A stretch of 62,442 nt of DNA, filler included. It is 6 parts of 6 records of this genome, joined end to end, with 100 filler letters (N's around TTAATTAATTAA, not from the genome) between each part and the next. Parts side by side here need not be neighbours in the genome. Positions count along the whole stretch, not along the records: positions 1 to 12,740 come from SRR31156797_5416; positions 12,841 to 26,488 come from SRR31156797_5417; 4 more parts are not named here. The stretch is one strand, 5' to 3'. The notes under the pieces were generated by a model. It did no database searches. It was not told the origin of the DNA and worked only from the letters and a program-made list of their open reading frames with translations. A program made the position numbers and the translations under genes. Shown piece by piece: positions 10,405-20,078 of this stretch; the first letter of the stretch is position 1, and every line of letters starts with the position of its first letter.

Positions 10405-10608
10405 TCATAAAGGGGTAGCACCATAATAGGCGGTCGTTTCTGAATTATGAACTGCCGGTTTCTGAATATTTGAGACAGTGCCGCCCGAACCGTTCAGCAT
10501 AGCGCAAAGGGTCTTGGCGGCACTTGTACGTTGACCTGTGGACTTTTTGAATTTGAGGATCTCCGATTCGCCCTTTTTGATCAGTCTTTCAATATCCTTT
10601 AATTCCAC
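10405..10608 (-). pseudogene. N-terminal fragment of an AlbA_2/Schlafen-domain ATP-binding protein
   Basis: GESEILKFKKS...KTLCAMLNGSGG is the AlbA_2 start; truncated after about 45 aa. Confidence 0.65.
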
Positions 10609-10645
10609 GTTTTACTCCGTAGTTACTATAATTGCCTCGACCAAC

Positions 10646-10948
10646 CTAAATCCCGGCTTCAAAGGCCGCAGAGAACTTCCGGATTGTTTTTTCGCTGAAA
10701 TCACCCTTTGCTGCGCTTAATTGTTTCATGTACGACTTGAATTCCGAATTTTCATGGAGCAGTTCATCCGAAACATCATAATAATCCGTAACGACATCAA
10801 TCAGTTCGTTCAGGATGGATTCCACCGCTTTTTTCTGATCGATCATTCCTTTCTCCACCATACCCTTTACAGCCTTATTTGTATTGAACAAGGTTTGTTT
10901 TGCAGCGTCGTTTCCATCAACAAGATTTTTGAAGTAATCGATGCGCAT
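10646..10948 (-). CDS. hypothetical helical protein, possibly a fragment
   Basis: 100-aa ORF with protein-like composition; family not recognised. Confidence 0.45.
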   Translation of the reverse strand: MRIDYFKNLVDGNDAAKQTLFNTNKAVKGMVEKGMIDQKKAVESILNELIDVVTDYYDVSDELLHENSEFKSYMKQLSAAKGDFSEKTIRKFSAAFEAGI

Positions 10949-11085
10949 TTTTTGGCATGGGTCCGACCTTCCGCCATTCCGCTATCTCATATGGCGTATC
11001 TCGCTCCCCCCTGGAATACTTCCTTCATGTGCCACTGTACAAATCCAGGTTCCGGGGAAACCGTTAAGAAGCGACCCCAAAAGGT

Positions 11086-12270
11086 TCACTGTTTGTCGGG
11101 GTCCAGAATAATTTCGTTATAGATATACTGGAATGTGGGAATCCCGAGAAGCAGACCCCAGAAACCGAAAAGCTTTCCCGCAACCAATAAAATGATGAGC
11201 ACCGCAAGGAAATGGACCTTCATGACGGAACCCATGATCTTGGGATTCAGAAGGTAGGCCTCAATCAAATGAATTCCGATGATAAAAAGAGTCAGCTTCA
11301 AAACGAGAAAAAAACCGCCTGCCTGGAGTCCCAGGATACAGATGGGCAAGCTTGAAAGAAAGAGGCCCATCACCGGTATGAAACTGCAGATAAAGACAAT
11401 CAGAGATAGAAAAAGGGGCGAGGGGACATCAAAGAAAATAAGGCCTAGAAACGTCAGGACCGTATTACAGACGGCAATCAGGGCCTGGGCTTGAAACGCC
11501 CTGCCGATGCTCCTGCCGAATCCGATGATATCCGGAACGATTTCTTCGTAGAAACGGGAGAGCCGGCTTTTTTGAAGGCGGGAAAAACCGGTTTGAAGGG
11601 ACGGCAGTTGGAGAACAATGATAAAACTGAACAAAATCGAAATGAGCAGATCACTGATCCCTTTGAACAGAAAAAGAACGATCAGGGGAATCTGTTTGAA
11701 AATTTCGGGAGAACTCTCGACGATCCAATGCTTGAGCTTTTCGATGATTTTGTTCAGAACCGCCTGGTATTCAGCCGACCCTTTTAATTCAGCAAATCGA
11801 TCTTCTCCAAGAATATTTTTCATAAGGTTTTCCGCATAATCGATCAGGGTGGGCTCAGCAGCCGGTTTATGATGGGTTCCAGGGAAAGTCGGCTCATTTC
11901 CATAGAGCGCTTTTCGCACGGGCGGAGGGAGTAAAACCTGGACCGATGTGACGAATCCTCGCACCTGGTCAACGATTCGCGGAAAAATGTAGCTGCCCAC
12001 ACCCGACATCAGCAAAAGGAAAAGGAGAAAAACGATCAGGGTCACCAGCCGGCGAAGACGCCTTCCGGTGGAAGGAATGTTGATTTTCAAACAAATCCGT
12101 CTCACGATGTTGGAGGTGATATAGCTGATCACAAACGTGATAAACAAAATTCCGAAAAACGATCGGAGGAGGTAGATGCACAGGAAAAAGATAAGCCAGA
12201 TCAACATCTTCTCCCAGGGAAGCCTTCGGATAAATTGAAGCGTGTCCGTCCCCTCTTTCATTGCACTCAC
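11086..12270 (-). CDS. AI-2E (PerM/TqsA) family transporter
   Basis: Multi-TM; FICSFIPVMG, EAYLLNPKIMG and FGFWGLLLGIP motifs. Confidence 0.85.
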   Translation of the reverse strand: MSAMKEGTDTLQFIRRLPWEKMLIWLIFFLCIYLLRSFFGILFITFVISYITSNIVRRICLKINIPSTGRRLRRLVTLIVFLLFLLLMSGVGSYIFPRIVDQVRGFVTSVQVLLPPPVRKALYGNEPTFPGTHHKPAAEPTLIDYAENLMKNILGEDRFAELKGSAEYQAVLNKIIEKLKHWIVESSPEIFKQIPLIVLFLFKGISDLLISILFSFIIVLQLPSLQTGFSRLQKSRLSRFYEEIVPDIIGFGRSIGRAFQAQALIAVCNTVLTFLGLIFFDVPSPLFLSLIVFICSFIPVMGLFLSSLPICILGLQAGGFFLVLKLTLFIIGIHLIEAYLLNPKIMGSVMKVHFLAVLIILLVAGKLFGFWGLLLGIPTFQYIYNEIILDPDKQ

Positions 12271-12421
12271 AGTTCACATCCACACGGCATTAAGAATGCC
12301 ATTCTTTCTGAGATGAAGTCGCTGAATGTTGAAGATACCATATTCATGTTTTTGGTTCCATTATCAAATCAGCCGGAACGGAATGATTAAGGAAAAAAAG
12401 GAAGCTGAACGTGATAACATG

Positions 12422-12583
12422 AATTCCGGGGGCAGTATACTTAACTCCCATCCACCGCCTCTTGGATCCAGGCTTTTGCGGACGTAAGGAGCGACCCAAA
12501 ACCTGCTGCAGATTTTCCACAAAAGCGTCTTCACCCGGATGACGACCGGTCCGCACATGAAGCGGAATTGGGATAGCCTCCAT
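12422..12583 (-). mobile_element. degenerate 3' end of a REP-associated (RAYT / IS200-like HUH) transposase with terminal motif
   Basis: HVRTGRHPGEDAFVENLQQVLGRSLRPQKPG resembles RAYT C-termini (H.RTGRPLG...GR.L.P.KPG), followed by TTAAGTATACTGCCCCCGGAATT. Confidence 0.55.
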
Positions 12584-12655
12584 CCAGCTTGTTGGCAGAT
12601 CCTGTTGTTACTTCTCTTGCGCTGCCTGAAGGACAGCCACATCCCTGAATGACGG

Positions 12656-12739
12656 CTACTCGAATTCGATCGTTGCAGGCGGCTTGATGCTGATATCGTA
12701 CGCCACCCTTGACGCGCCGGTGTGCGCGGCAATTTTCTT
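12656..12739 (-). CDS. guaA: GMP synthase C-terminus (5' truncated at contig edge; absent from ORF track)
   Basis: Hand translation KKIAAHTGASRVAYDISIKPPATIEFE* matches the conserved GuaA end RV.YD...KPP.TIE.E*. Confidence 0.85.
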   Translation of the reverse strand, partial: KKIAAHTGASRVAYDISIKPPATIEFE

Positions 12740-12740
12740 G

Positions 12741-12840
12741 NNNNNNNNNNNNNNNNNNNNNNNNNNNNNNNNNNNNNNNNNNNNTTAATTAATTAANNNN
12801 NNNNNNNNNNNNNNNNNNNNNNNNNNNNNNNNNNNNNNNN
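12741..12840. other. artificial contig spacer (N44-TTAATTAATTAA-N44)
   Basis: N runs flank a linker with stops in all frames; composition changes across it. Confidence 0.98.
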
Positions 12841-12997
12841 AAGCATATACCGGGAAACTGGCACTGCCTGACCCGGCTTGCCGGGATACGATTCTTAAGA
12901 GGCGTAAGCTATCCGGTTGCTTCATCCTCAGAAAACGCAGTACCCAAAAGATTTGATATTTAATATCAGTATATTTGTGCTTAAATATTCGAATTAA

Positions 12998-13759
12998 ATG
13001 AGAATAACTGAAATAAAATATTTAGATACCTATAAAAAGTCAATTGGAAACGAAATCCCAAAAATGATAACGGATTTTGACTTCTCAGAAAATCGTGGTG
13101 GATTTGAATATTTGACTAAGTCCTCTGCTGTTTACTCTTCAAATATTGAAGGAAACAGTATTGATTTGAATTCTTACATGAATTATGAAATGAATAAGGA
13201 AAAATTCAAAGCAGGAAAAGAAATTGAAGAAATTGAGGACTTAATTGAAGCATATGAATTTGCACAAAACAATAAACTGAATGAGAAAAACCTGTTGAAT
13301 TGTCATAAAATATTTTCAGACACTTTACTGATTAGAAGTAAAAGGGGTAAATACCGAATTGAAAAGGTCGGTGTTTTTGGAAAATCAGGGTTAGCATATA
13401 TGGCAGTTGAACCTAAATTTGTTGAGAAAGAAATGAACGTTTTTTTTAAGGATTTAAATGAGTTAATTAACACTGAACTTAATGAAATTGAGGTTTTTTA
13501 TTTTGCATCCTTAATACATCTACGATTTGCACATATTCATCCATTTAGAGATGGAAATGGCAGAGCTGCCAGACTAATAGAAAAATGGTTTATTGCAGAA
13601 AAATTAAAAAAGGATTTTTGGAAAATACCGTCAGAAGAATATTATAAAAACAACCAATTGAGATATTATGAGACAATTAACCTTGGTGTTAATTTTTATG
13701 AGCTGAATTATGACAGATGTATTGGATTTTTGGAAATGTTACCGAATTGTCTGAAATAA
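12998..13759 (+). CDS. Fic-domain AMPylase with N-terminal inhibitory motif (class II-like)
   Basis: HPFRDGNGRAAR canonical Fic motif; SSNIEGN inhibitory (S/T)xxxE(G/N) motif; very AT-rich. Confidence 0.9.
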   Translation: MRITEIKYLDTYKKSIGNEIPKMITDFDFSENRGGFEYLTKSSAVYSSNIEGNSIDLNSYMNYEMNKEKFKAGKEIEEIEDLIEAYEFAQNNKLNEKNLLNCHKIFSDTLLIRSKRGKYRIEKVGVFGKSGLAYMAVEPKFVEKEMNVFFKDLNELINTELNEIEVFYFASLIHLRFAHIHPFRDGNGRAARLIEKWFIAEKLKKDFWKIPSEEYYKNNQLRYYETINLGVNFYELNYDRCIGFLEMLPNCLK

Positions 13760-13768
13760 AAGCACGAA
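13751..13768 (+). repeat. 18-bp direct repeat, copy 1 (CTGAAATAAAAGCACGAA)
   Basis: Identical to 17180-17197. Confidence 0.85.
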
Positions 13769-13817
13769 AGCACAATCGAGTAGACTGCCCCGGCTTTAAA
13801 GGACCGGGGAGCATTCC

Positions 13818-16800
13818 TTACCCCCACTCTTTCACAGAAGCTTCACAATCTTCAACGATAGCTTGCACAAGGGATTTTACCTGGTCTGAGTCGGTATGGC
13901 CGTTGGTGATGAGTCCCTCCACCTGGTCGGCTTTGGTGCGGGTTTGCTCCATACCCATAAAATTAAAGTGGGGTTTCATGGAATGCATTACGGTTTTCAG
14001 GGTTTTGTAATCTCCGGCTTCCAAAGCGGTTTCAATGCGCTGAATATCCTTAGGTACGGAATTCAGATACAAATCGATATATTTCCGCATCCGGGTCTCA
14101 TTGCCCCCACAGAATTCCCGCAGGAATTTCAGGTTTATCAGGCTGTCATTCGGTTCGGCCGGGGTTTCCTCCCGGGCATTTTCGGATTTTGTTTTTGTTT
14201 CGGTTGCTGCCGGTTCGGGGCCGGTGTAGCGGTAAAACTGCATGAGGGCCGCCAGCAGTTGTTCACGGGTAAAAGGTTTGGGAACAGAGTCGTTCATTCC
14301 ACAATCGATACATTTGGCAATATCAGCAGCCAACACACTCGCCGTTAGCGCAATGATGGGGATATGCTTTTTGGGACCTTCCAGGCTGCGGATATGCCGG
14401 GTAGCTTCCAGGCCGTCCATCCCGGGCATGTTGGCATCCATCAGCACCACGTCAAAATCATTTTGCTGCACCAGGCCGAGGGCTATCTCCCCGTTTTCGG
14501 CATGTTGGATGTGCACTTCCGGTATCAGGTTTTCCAGGGTGTCGTTTACCACAATGCGGTTGTACTCGTTATCTTCGGCCACCAGGATTTTAATGCCGCA
14601 CAGTGCCGCCGCATCAATCTGCTTTTCGCTGATCACCTGCGCCACCTGCGCTTCGCTGGCCGGTTTGTAGGGTATGGTGAAGAAAAACTCGGTGCCTTCG
14701 TTGGGCTTGCTCTGCAGGTCAAGCTTGCCGTTCTGCATCTCGATGATGGTACGCGAAATGGTAAGGCCCAGCCCCGTTCCGCCATATTTCCGGGCAATGC
14801 TGGCATCGGCCTGCTGGAAAGCATTGAACAGCACCTCAAACTTATCATCTTGTATGCCAATGCCAGTATCGATCACCCGAAACAGGACAGTGGCCTCCGT
14901 TTCGGGGATAAGCTCCACCACGACCTCTACGCTGCCTTTGTCGGTAAACTTAATGGCATTGCCACTCAGGTTGATAAGCACCTGCATGAGGCGTGAAGGA
15001 TCGCCAATGAGCACCTGCGGCACATCCTTCCGGATGGTGGCCTTAAAGATCAGCCCCTTTTCCTCAGCCTTGAAGCGGAGGGTGTCGTAAACCAGGCCCA
15101 CCTGGTCGTGCAGACTGAACGGGATGGATTCGAGCTCCATCTTGCCGGCTTCAAGTTTACTCAGGTCCAGAATATCGTTGATGATCACGATGAGATTCTC
15201 TGAAGATTTCCTGATGGCTTCGAGATATTGCTTTTGTTTGGGCTGCAGTTTGGTGTTGAGGGTGAGGTTGGTCATGCCCAGGATTGCGTTCATCGGCGTA
15301 CGTATCTCGTGGCTCATGTTGGCGAGGAACTGCTGCTTAAACTGTTCGCTTTCTTCAGCGCGGGCTTTTTCCTTTTCCAGCCGGGCATTGGCCTTGCGCA
15401 CAAACCGCACCCTGCTCCATAAACCACCGGCCATCAGAAAAATAATTAAACCGCCTGTTAAAAGTACATTTCGGGTCTGGTTCTTTTTGCGCAGCTCGGC
15501 CTTGTGAGTGTGTTCAACCCGCAAATCCTTTTCTAAGGCTGCAATGCTATCGGCAATGGCCTGTTTTTCGTAGGCATACCTGAACTCCTGCTGGATGGCA
15601 GCCCTTTTGTTATCGTTACGCTCAATGCTGTCGCGGTTGGCAATGTATGCCTCATAGCTTTCCAGCGCACGGGCACTTTGGCCTGTATTCTTATAGGCCT
15701 CGTACAATGCTTCGTTAGCACCCATTACCAGGTTGGGCTGCCCGAGCTCCAGCCCGATTTCCCGGGCTTCACGCAGGAATGTGATGGCCCTGGAAAAACG
15801 CTTCCTGACATTGTTCACTTTCCCGAGCCCGATGAGTGCAAAAGCCTGCTGATCATTTTCACTGTATTTTCGCGCTTCTTCCAGGTTACGGCTGAAACGT
15901 GCTTCAGCGCTGTCGAGCTTTCCTTCTTCCAGGTCCATCATGGCCAGGTTTCCCCATTGTTGCAAAGCTGCTTTGTTGTATTCGGAATCAAGCAAAACGT
16001 TCAATGCTTCGGTATAAAGCTCCCGGGCTTTCACAAAATCCCCTTCATCCTTGTATATCTGAGCCATATTGGATAGCGGCCCAGACATGCCCAGCCTGTC
16101 GCCGAACTTTTTAGCACGGTCGTAGCTCTTCTGAAAGTAGATCAGCGCATTCTCAGATTCACCGAGTTCCAGATACGAACTACCCAGGAAGTTGTATGCA
16201 TAAAGATCAACCTGACCGCCACCGTATTGATCGATAAGCCTGAGACATGTATGGAAATGATCGATTGCCTCGGCGTGATTGCCCTGTTTGGCCAACACAT
16301 AGCCCAGGTTTACATACCCGCCTTTGTGAGCATCCGAACCGGGCATCTCCTTTTCCGCCTCCCGGATCACCTGCCTGAACACCGGTGCTGCGCTGTCGAG
16401 GATACCACGATTAAGGTATGTCACAGCCAGGTTGTTGAGCGCATTCAGTTTAAACTTCACCTCGCCGGCTGCCTCGCAAAGTGCTATACCCTCGCGATAC
16501 TTCCGGATGGCCGCGTGGGGCAGGCCGCTGTTTGCCAAAACAATTCCGGAATTGATCACAGCGCCGGCCTCACCTTTTTTATCACCTACCTGTTGAAAAT
16601 ACGGAATGGCCTGACCGAAATAAAACAAAGCAGAATCCAGCTCTCCGTGTGAGATTTTACACTGACCAATACTGTTAAGCCCGGTGGCAATATGTTTTGG
16701 CAACTCATGCTTTTTTGCAAAATTGTAATGCATCCGGACAAAAATCAAAGCGGAATCAATATCACGATACATGTATTCTTTGGCATAAAAATCGGTAAGC

Positions 16801-16931
16801 GCTTTTACTCGGATACTATCCGCATGGCTTTCATCAGCCCATACATTCCAGAGCGAATCAGCATTCTGTTGGGCTATGCCAGCCGTTGATAAGGCAAAAA
16901 AAATAAGTGCAGCAGTGAAAAGTTTTATCAT
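13818..16931 (-). CDS. TPR-sensor hybrid histidine kinase (HisKA-HATPase-REC-HPt)
   Basis: Signal peptide, TPR repeats, TM; FLANMSHEIRTPMN, GNAIKFT, DTGIG, GGTGLGL; REC VLMDANMP; HPt HSMKP. Confidence 0.93.
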   Translation of the reverse strand: MIKLFTAALIFFALSTAGIAQQNADSLWNVWADESHADSIRVKALTDFYAKEYMYRDIDSALIFVRMHYNFAKKHELPKHIATGLNSIGQCKISHGELDSALFYFGQAIPYFQQVGDKKGEAGAVINSGIVLANSGLPHAAIRKYREGIALCEAAGEVKFKLNALNNLAVTYLNRGILDSAAPVFRQVIREAEKEMPGSDAHKGGYVNLGYVLAKQGNHAEAIDHFHTCLRLIDQYGGGQVDLYAYNFLGSSYLELGESENALIYFQKSYDRAKKFGDRLGMSGPLSNMAQIYKDEGDFVKARELYTEALNVLLDSEYNKAALQQWGNLAMMDLEEGKLDSAEARFSRNLEEARKYSENDQQAFALIGLGKVNNVRKRFSRAITFLREAREIGLELGQPNLVMGANEALYEAYKNTGQSARALESYEAYIANRDSIERNDNKRAAIQQEFRYAYEKQAIADSIAALEKDLRVEHTHKAELRKKNQTRNVLLTGGLIIFLMAGGLWSRVRFVRKANARLEKEKARAEESEQFKQQFLANMSHEIRTPMNAILGMTNLTLNTKLQPKQKQYLEAIRKSSENLIVIINDILDLSKLEAGKMELESIPFSLHDQVGLVYDTLRFKAEEKGLIFKATIRKDVPQVLIGDPSRLMQVLINLSGNAIKFTDKGSVEVVVELIPETEATVLFRVIDTGIGIQDDKFEVLFNAFQQADASIARKYGGTGLGLTISRTIIEMQNGKLDLQSKPNEGTEFFFTIPYKPASEAQVAQVISEKQIDAAALCGIKILVAEDNEYNRIVVNDTLENLIPEVHIQHAENGEIALGLVQQNDFDVVLMDANMPGMDGLEATRHIRSLEGPKKHIPIIALTASVLAADIAKCIDCGMNDSVPKPFTREQLLAALMQFYRYTGPEPAATETKTKSENAREETPAEPNDSLINLKFLREFCGGNETRMRKYIDLYLNSVPKDIQRIETALEAGDYKTLKTVMHSMKPHFNFMGMEQTRTKADQVEGLITNGHTDSDQVKSLVQAIVEDCEASVKEWG

Positions 16932-17179
16932 TTTCCATTTGTATTTCAGGAGCTATGCGGTTTGATTCTTCAATGCATCAAAATGGTTTCTCTCAACTAA
17001 TCAAATAATTACCTAAATATTGGAAAACAAACAATCTAAGGCTGTTTTAGTTTGAGCCGAAAAATATGTAATTATACATAAGCATTAAAGTTTTGCTCAC
17101 GTATCGGTTTTTGAATAGACTTCTTGAACAATATTTTATTTCATGAAGTGTAATGTTGCCAATGACATTTTTTTATTCA

Positions 17180-17197
17180 CTGAAATAAAAGCACGAA
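17180..17197 (+). repeat. 18-bp direct repeat, copy 2
   Basis: Identical to 13751-13768. Confidence 0.85.
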
Positions 17198-17263
17198 TCA
17201 GATTCCATCATGTCCTTCCCGCTTCACAGCGAGGCGAGCAAAGCCGGCTGTGGCTCATTTTCC

Positions 17264-17329
17264 AGGTGCAGCGCACCGTAATCTTTGTATAATTTTGTTC
17301 GGTAGAGTGTTTAAAGGTGTAGCGCACCG
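17264..17329. repeat. REP-like doublet AGGTG(C/T)AGCGCACCG
   Basis: Two near-identical palindromic 15-mers at 17264-17278 and 17315-17329. Confidence 0.7.
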
Positions 17330-17461
17330 AAATATCCAATGCAAGTTTTTTTAACTAGTACCTCCCAAATCCCTGCACAGCAAATAAGACCTTATTGAAT
17401 TAGCTTCTAAGAATGCAATAGATTAAGGCTTTTTCAGCAAGCCCTATTTTTAGGTAAGTGG

Positions 17462-17842
17462 TTATGCCAGGCTATTGTCTCCAATCAGCTTCCGGTCGGC
17501 AGCGGCCCAATCAAGAGATGTCAGTTTTTCTTTTTCGATCCATAAATATTCATCGTGTTCTGTAAGGCTGATCTCACCGTCCACAATTTCACACCGGAAT
17601 GGGATCAACCGGATGGATTTGTCAGGATAATGATGCTCCACATATTTCAGGCGCTCCATAGGCCTTACCACAATTCCCAACTCTTCCTGAATTTCACGCA
17701 CAATGCATGCTTCGGCGGTTTCACCTTCATCAATCTTCCCTCCGGGAAACTCCCATTTACCGGCCAGGTGCATGCCATGTGACCGGCGGGTAGCCAGGAT
17801 TCTTTCATCCCTGATGATTATAGCACAGGTTACGTTGATCAT
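17462..17842 (-). CDS. MutT/NudG-family NUDIX hydrolase
   Basis: WEFPGGKIDEGETAEACIVREIQEELG Nudix box. Confidence 0.9.
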   Translation of the reverse strand: MINVTCAIIIRDERILATRRSHGMHLAGKWEFPGGKIDEGETAEACIVREIQEELGIVVRPMERLKYVEHHYPDKSIRLIPFRCEIVDGEISLTEHDEYLWIEKEKLTSLDWAAADRKLIGDNSLA

Positions 17843-17964
17843 TTTGCCGGCAAAATTAGGGTTAAAATTTTACCTTTCTGAAGCTCCACCTGAAACCAGC
17901 ATAAATTTTCATTGGTTCTAAATGGTATTTTCACCACTTTTGTGCTGGAAAAAGATTCAGCAAT

Positions 17965-19893
17965 ATGGAAAAAATGAAAGCAAAAACAGCCCTAATGCTC
18001 TGTCTGCTGCTATTTATAAGCGGCTTGCTCCGGGCACAATCATCAAACTTGATCTATAAGGAAAAAGGCAGCAACCGATATGCTGCAACCATCTATTTTT
18101 CGGGGAATGCCGGTGAAGAGGAGATTACGCCCGATGATTTTTTCGACGATCAGCATATTTGTTTCACCATCAAAACCAACCCGCAAAGCGAAAAAGAATT
18201 TTTCAGGGATAAGGATATTGAAGATTATATTCTGACTGTCAGGTTGTTTCAATATGACGATGAAATCAGGCCGGCACAAACTCCGCAAACCATGCTAAAT
18301 GCCGATGGAAAATCAGACAGAGTCGTCATGATTTACCCCAAGCGGAGTGTGGAGCTATACAAACCTTTTACATTTATCAGTGAATTTGACACTTCGGCAG
18401 CCATCGAGCTCAACGACGTATATTTCATGTATTACAACAAGTATAAGCGCATTTACGAGGAGGCAATGAATTTCAGCGATCAGCTTAAATATGTGGACAC
18501 CTATAATGCCGTGATGGAGATACTGTATGACGTAACCGCCCATCAGGAAATTAGATATTACAGTTTTTATGAGCACGCCTCGGATGTGTTGATCGGCAAT
18601 GCCATAAACAAACATGCCGACAGTTTGAACCATCTGCTGGAAATTACGGAAACCAATTTCAAAAGGACTTTCGCGGAGACTGATCTTTCAAAAATTGATT
18701 CGATACAAACGATGGTAATTGATGCGACTTCACTTTTTGAACCGTATTTCGAAATGGATTACCCCAAAAGCAACACGCTTGCCCAGAAATACGAAGACCT
18801 TTCAACGCTGGCAAATGAGGTGGTAACCAGAAACAAGGAACGATATAAAAGCAGTAAATTATATTTTTTCCAAAAGGAAGATTACGACAAATACCAGTTT
18901 GAGTTTTACATAGATTTGCTGGCAAGGATGGTCTCCAACCTGGATACCTTAACAGTGATCGGTCAGCTTGACACGTTGCACCTGGCCAAAACAAAAGGCC
19001 TTGAAGAGGCCAAAAAGGAACTTCAGATCACCCAGTGGGAAAATGATTTTAACACGCTTGTCAGGTTGCTCAATAAAGAGATCATCGAGACCGGGAAAAT
19101 CTTCAATGATTCGATAATGGGAAATCTGCAACGTTTGAAGAAGACCGAAAAACAACCCTACCAACAGATTTTCCTGGCTTTCAACTCACTTGATTCCAAC
19201 GAAATGCTGTTTGAAAATTTCCTGAAAAATGCAATGGTTTCCTGCACCGATGAAGACCTGATCAACAATCTGGAGATGTGGTTACTCAGTTACAATCTAA
19301 CTTTTAAAGGTGTGGACGAGAACACCGTAAAAAACATCAACTATGGCATTGGCCTCATCAAGCAGCAACGTTGGGAAGAAGCATCAACCATTTTTAACAC
19401 CATAACCAGACAGGCCAACACCATTGCACCGCCCTGGTTTTACCTGGGAAGAACCCTATTTGAACAGGAGCAATCGTTTGCCGCCGATGCCAAATTTGAT
19501 CTTGCACTGGATATAAATCCCTATTATATAGCACCAAGATTATTCAAATTCAGGATCTTAAATGAGCAGGAAAATTATGAAAAGCTACTCAACGAGGTTA
19601 ATGAAGCACTAGTTGCCAACAAAATCTGGCTGTATCATTTTTGGAGAGCAAAAGCACTTTTCTACCTGAAGCAATATGCGGCGGCCATTGAAGAAATTGA
19701 AGATCAATGCCTGAAAATTAATCCCTATGAGCCCGATGAATACTACCTCCTGGGAGATGCTTATGCGGCGTTAAAGCAATACGAAAGTGCAGAAAACGCC
19801 TATTCAAAAACGCAGGAAATCAATCCACATTTTATTGACGAAAGATACAATGACCGGATGGTGAAATTGCAAGAGGCCAAAAAGGAACAGTAA
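17965..19893 (+). CDS. secreted TPR-repeat protein of unknown function
   Basis: Signal peptide (LRA|Q); C-terminal TPR repeats such as YYLLGDAYAALKQYESA. Confidence 0.75.
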   Translation: MEKMKAKTALMLCLLLFISGLLRAQSSNLIYKEKGSNRYAATIYFSGNAGEEEITPDDFFDDQHICFTIKTNPQSEKEFFRDKDIEDYILTVRLFQYDDEIRPAQTPQTMLNADGKSDRVVMIYPKRSVELYKPFTFISEFDTSAAIELNDVYFMYYNKYKRIYEEAMNFSDQLKYVDTYNAVMEILYDVTAHQEIRYYSFYEHASDVLIGNAINKHADSLNHLLEITETNFKRTFAETDLSKIDSIQTMVIDATSLFEPYFEMDYPKSNTLAQKYEDLSTLANEVVTRNKERYKSSKLYFFQKEDYDKYQFEFYIDLLARMVSNLDTLTVIGQLDTLHLAKTKGLEEAKKELQITQWENDFNTLVRLLNKEIIETGKIFNDSIMGNLQRLKKTEKQPYQQIFLAFNSLDSNEMLFENFLKNAMVSCTDEDLINNLEMWLLSYNLTFKGVDENTVKNINYGIGLIKQQRWEEASTIFNTITRQANTIAPPWFYLGRTLFEQEQSFAADAKFDLALDINPYYIAPRLFKFRILNEQENYEKLLNEVNEALVANKIWLYHFWRAKALFYLKQYAAAIEEIEDQCLKINPYEPDEYYLLGDAYAALKQYESAENAYSKTQEINPHFIDERYNDRMVKLQEAKKEQ

Positions 19894-19903
19894 TTCCTTC
19901 AAA

Positions 19904-19952
19904 CCTGACAGGTTTTTGCCACTGGCATCGCTCTGCGAGAAAACCTGTCAGG
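19904..19952. repeat. 13-bp perfect inverted repeat (REP-like or terminator)
   Basis: CCTGACAGGTTTT ... AAAACCTGTCAGG just after the stop at 19893. Confidence 0.75.
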
Positions 19953-20078
19953 ATTCCATATTTATATCTTATTTAGATTACCTCTATATTAACCAAACCC
20001 TTAAAAAAACCCAATTAATTTCGATCCCACGAATTAAACAATACTTAATTTTGCGCAATCAAATTTAATTTTTGAGCT

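Noticed and set aside
12785-12796. TTAATTAATTAA recurring five times as a possible biological repeat or att site
   Set aside because: Always centred in N runs; it is an assembly linker with stops in all frames.
12841-12925. Possible minus-strand gene start (MKQPDSLRLL...) running off the contig
   Set aside because: Only about 28 codons with no recognisable similarity.
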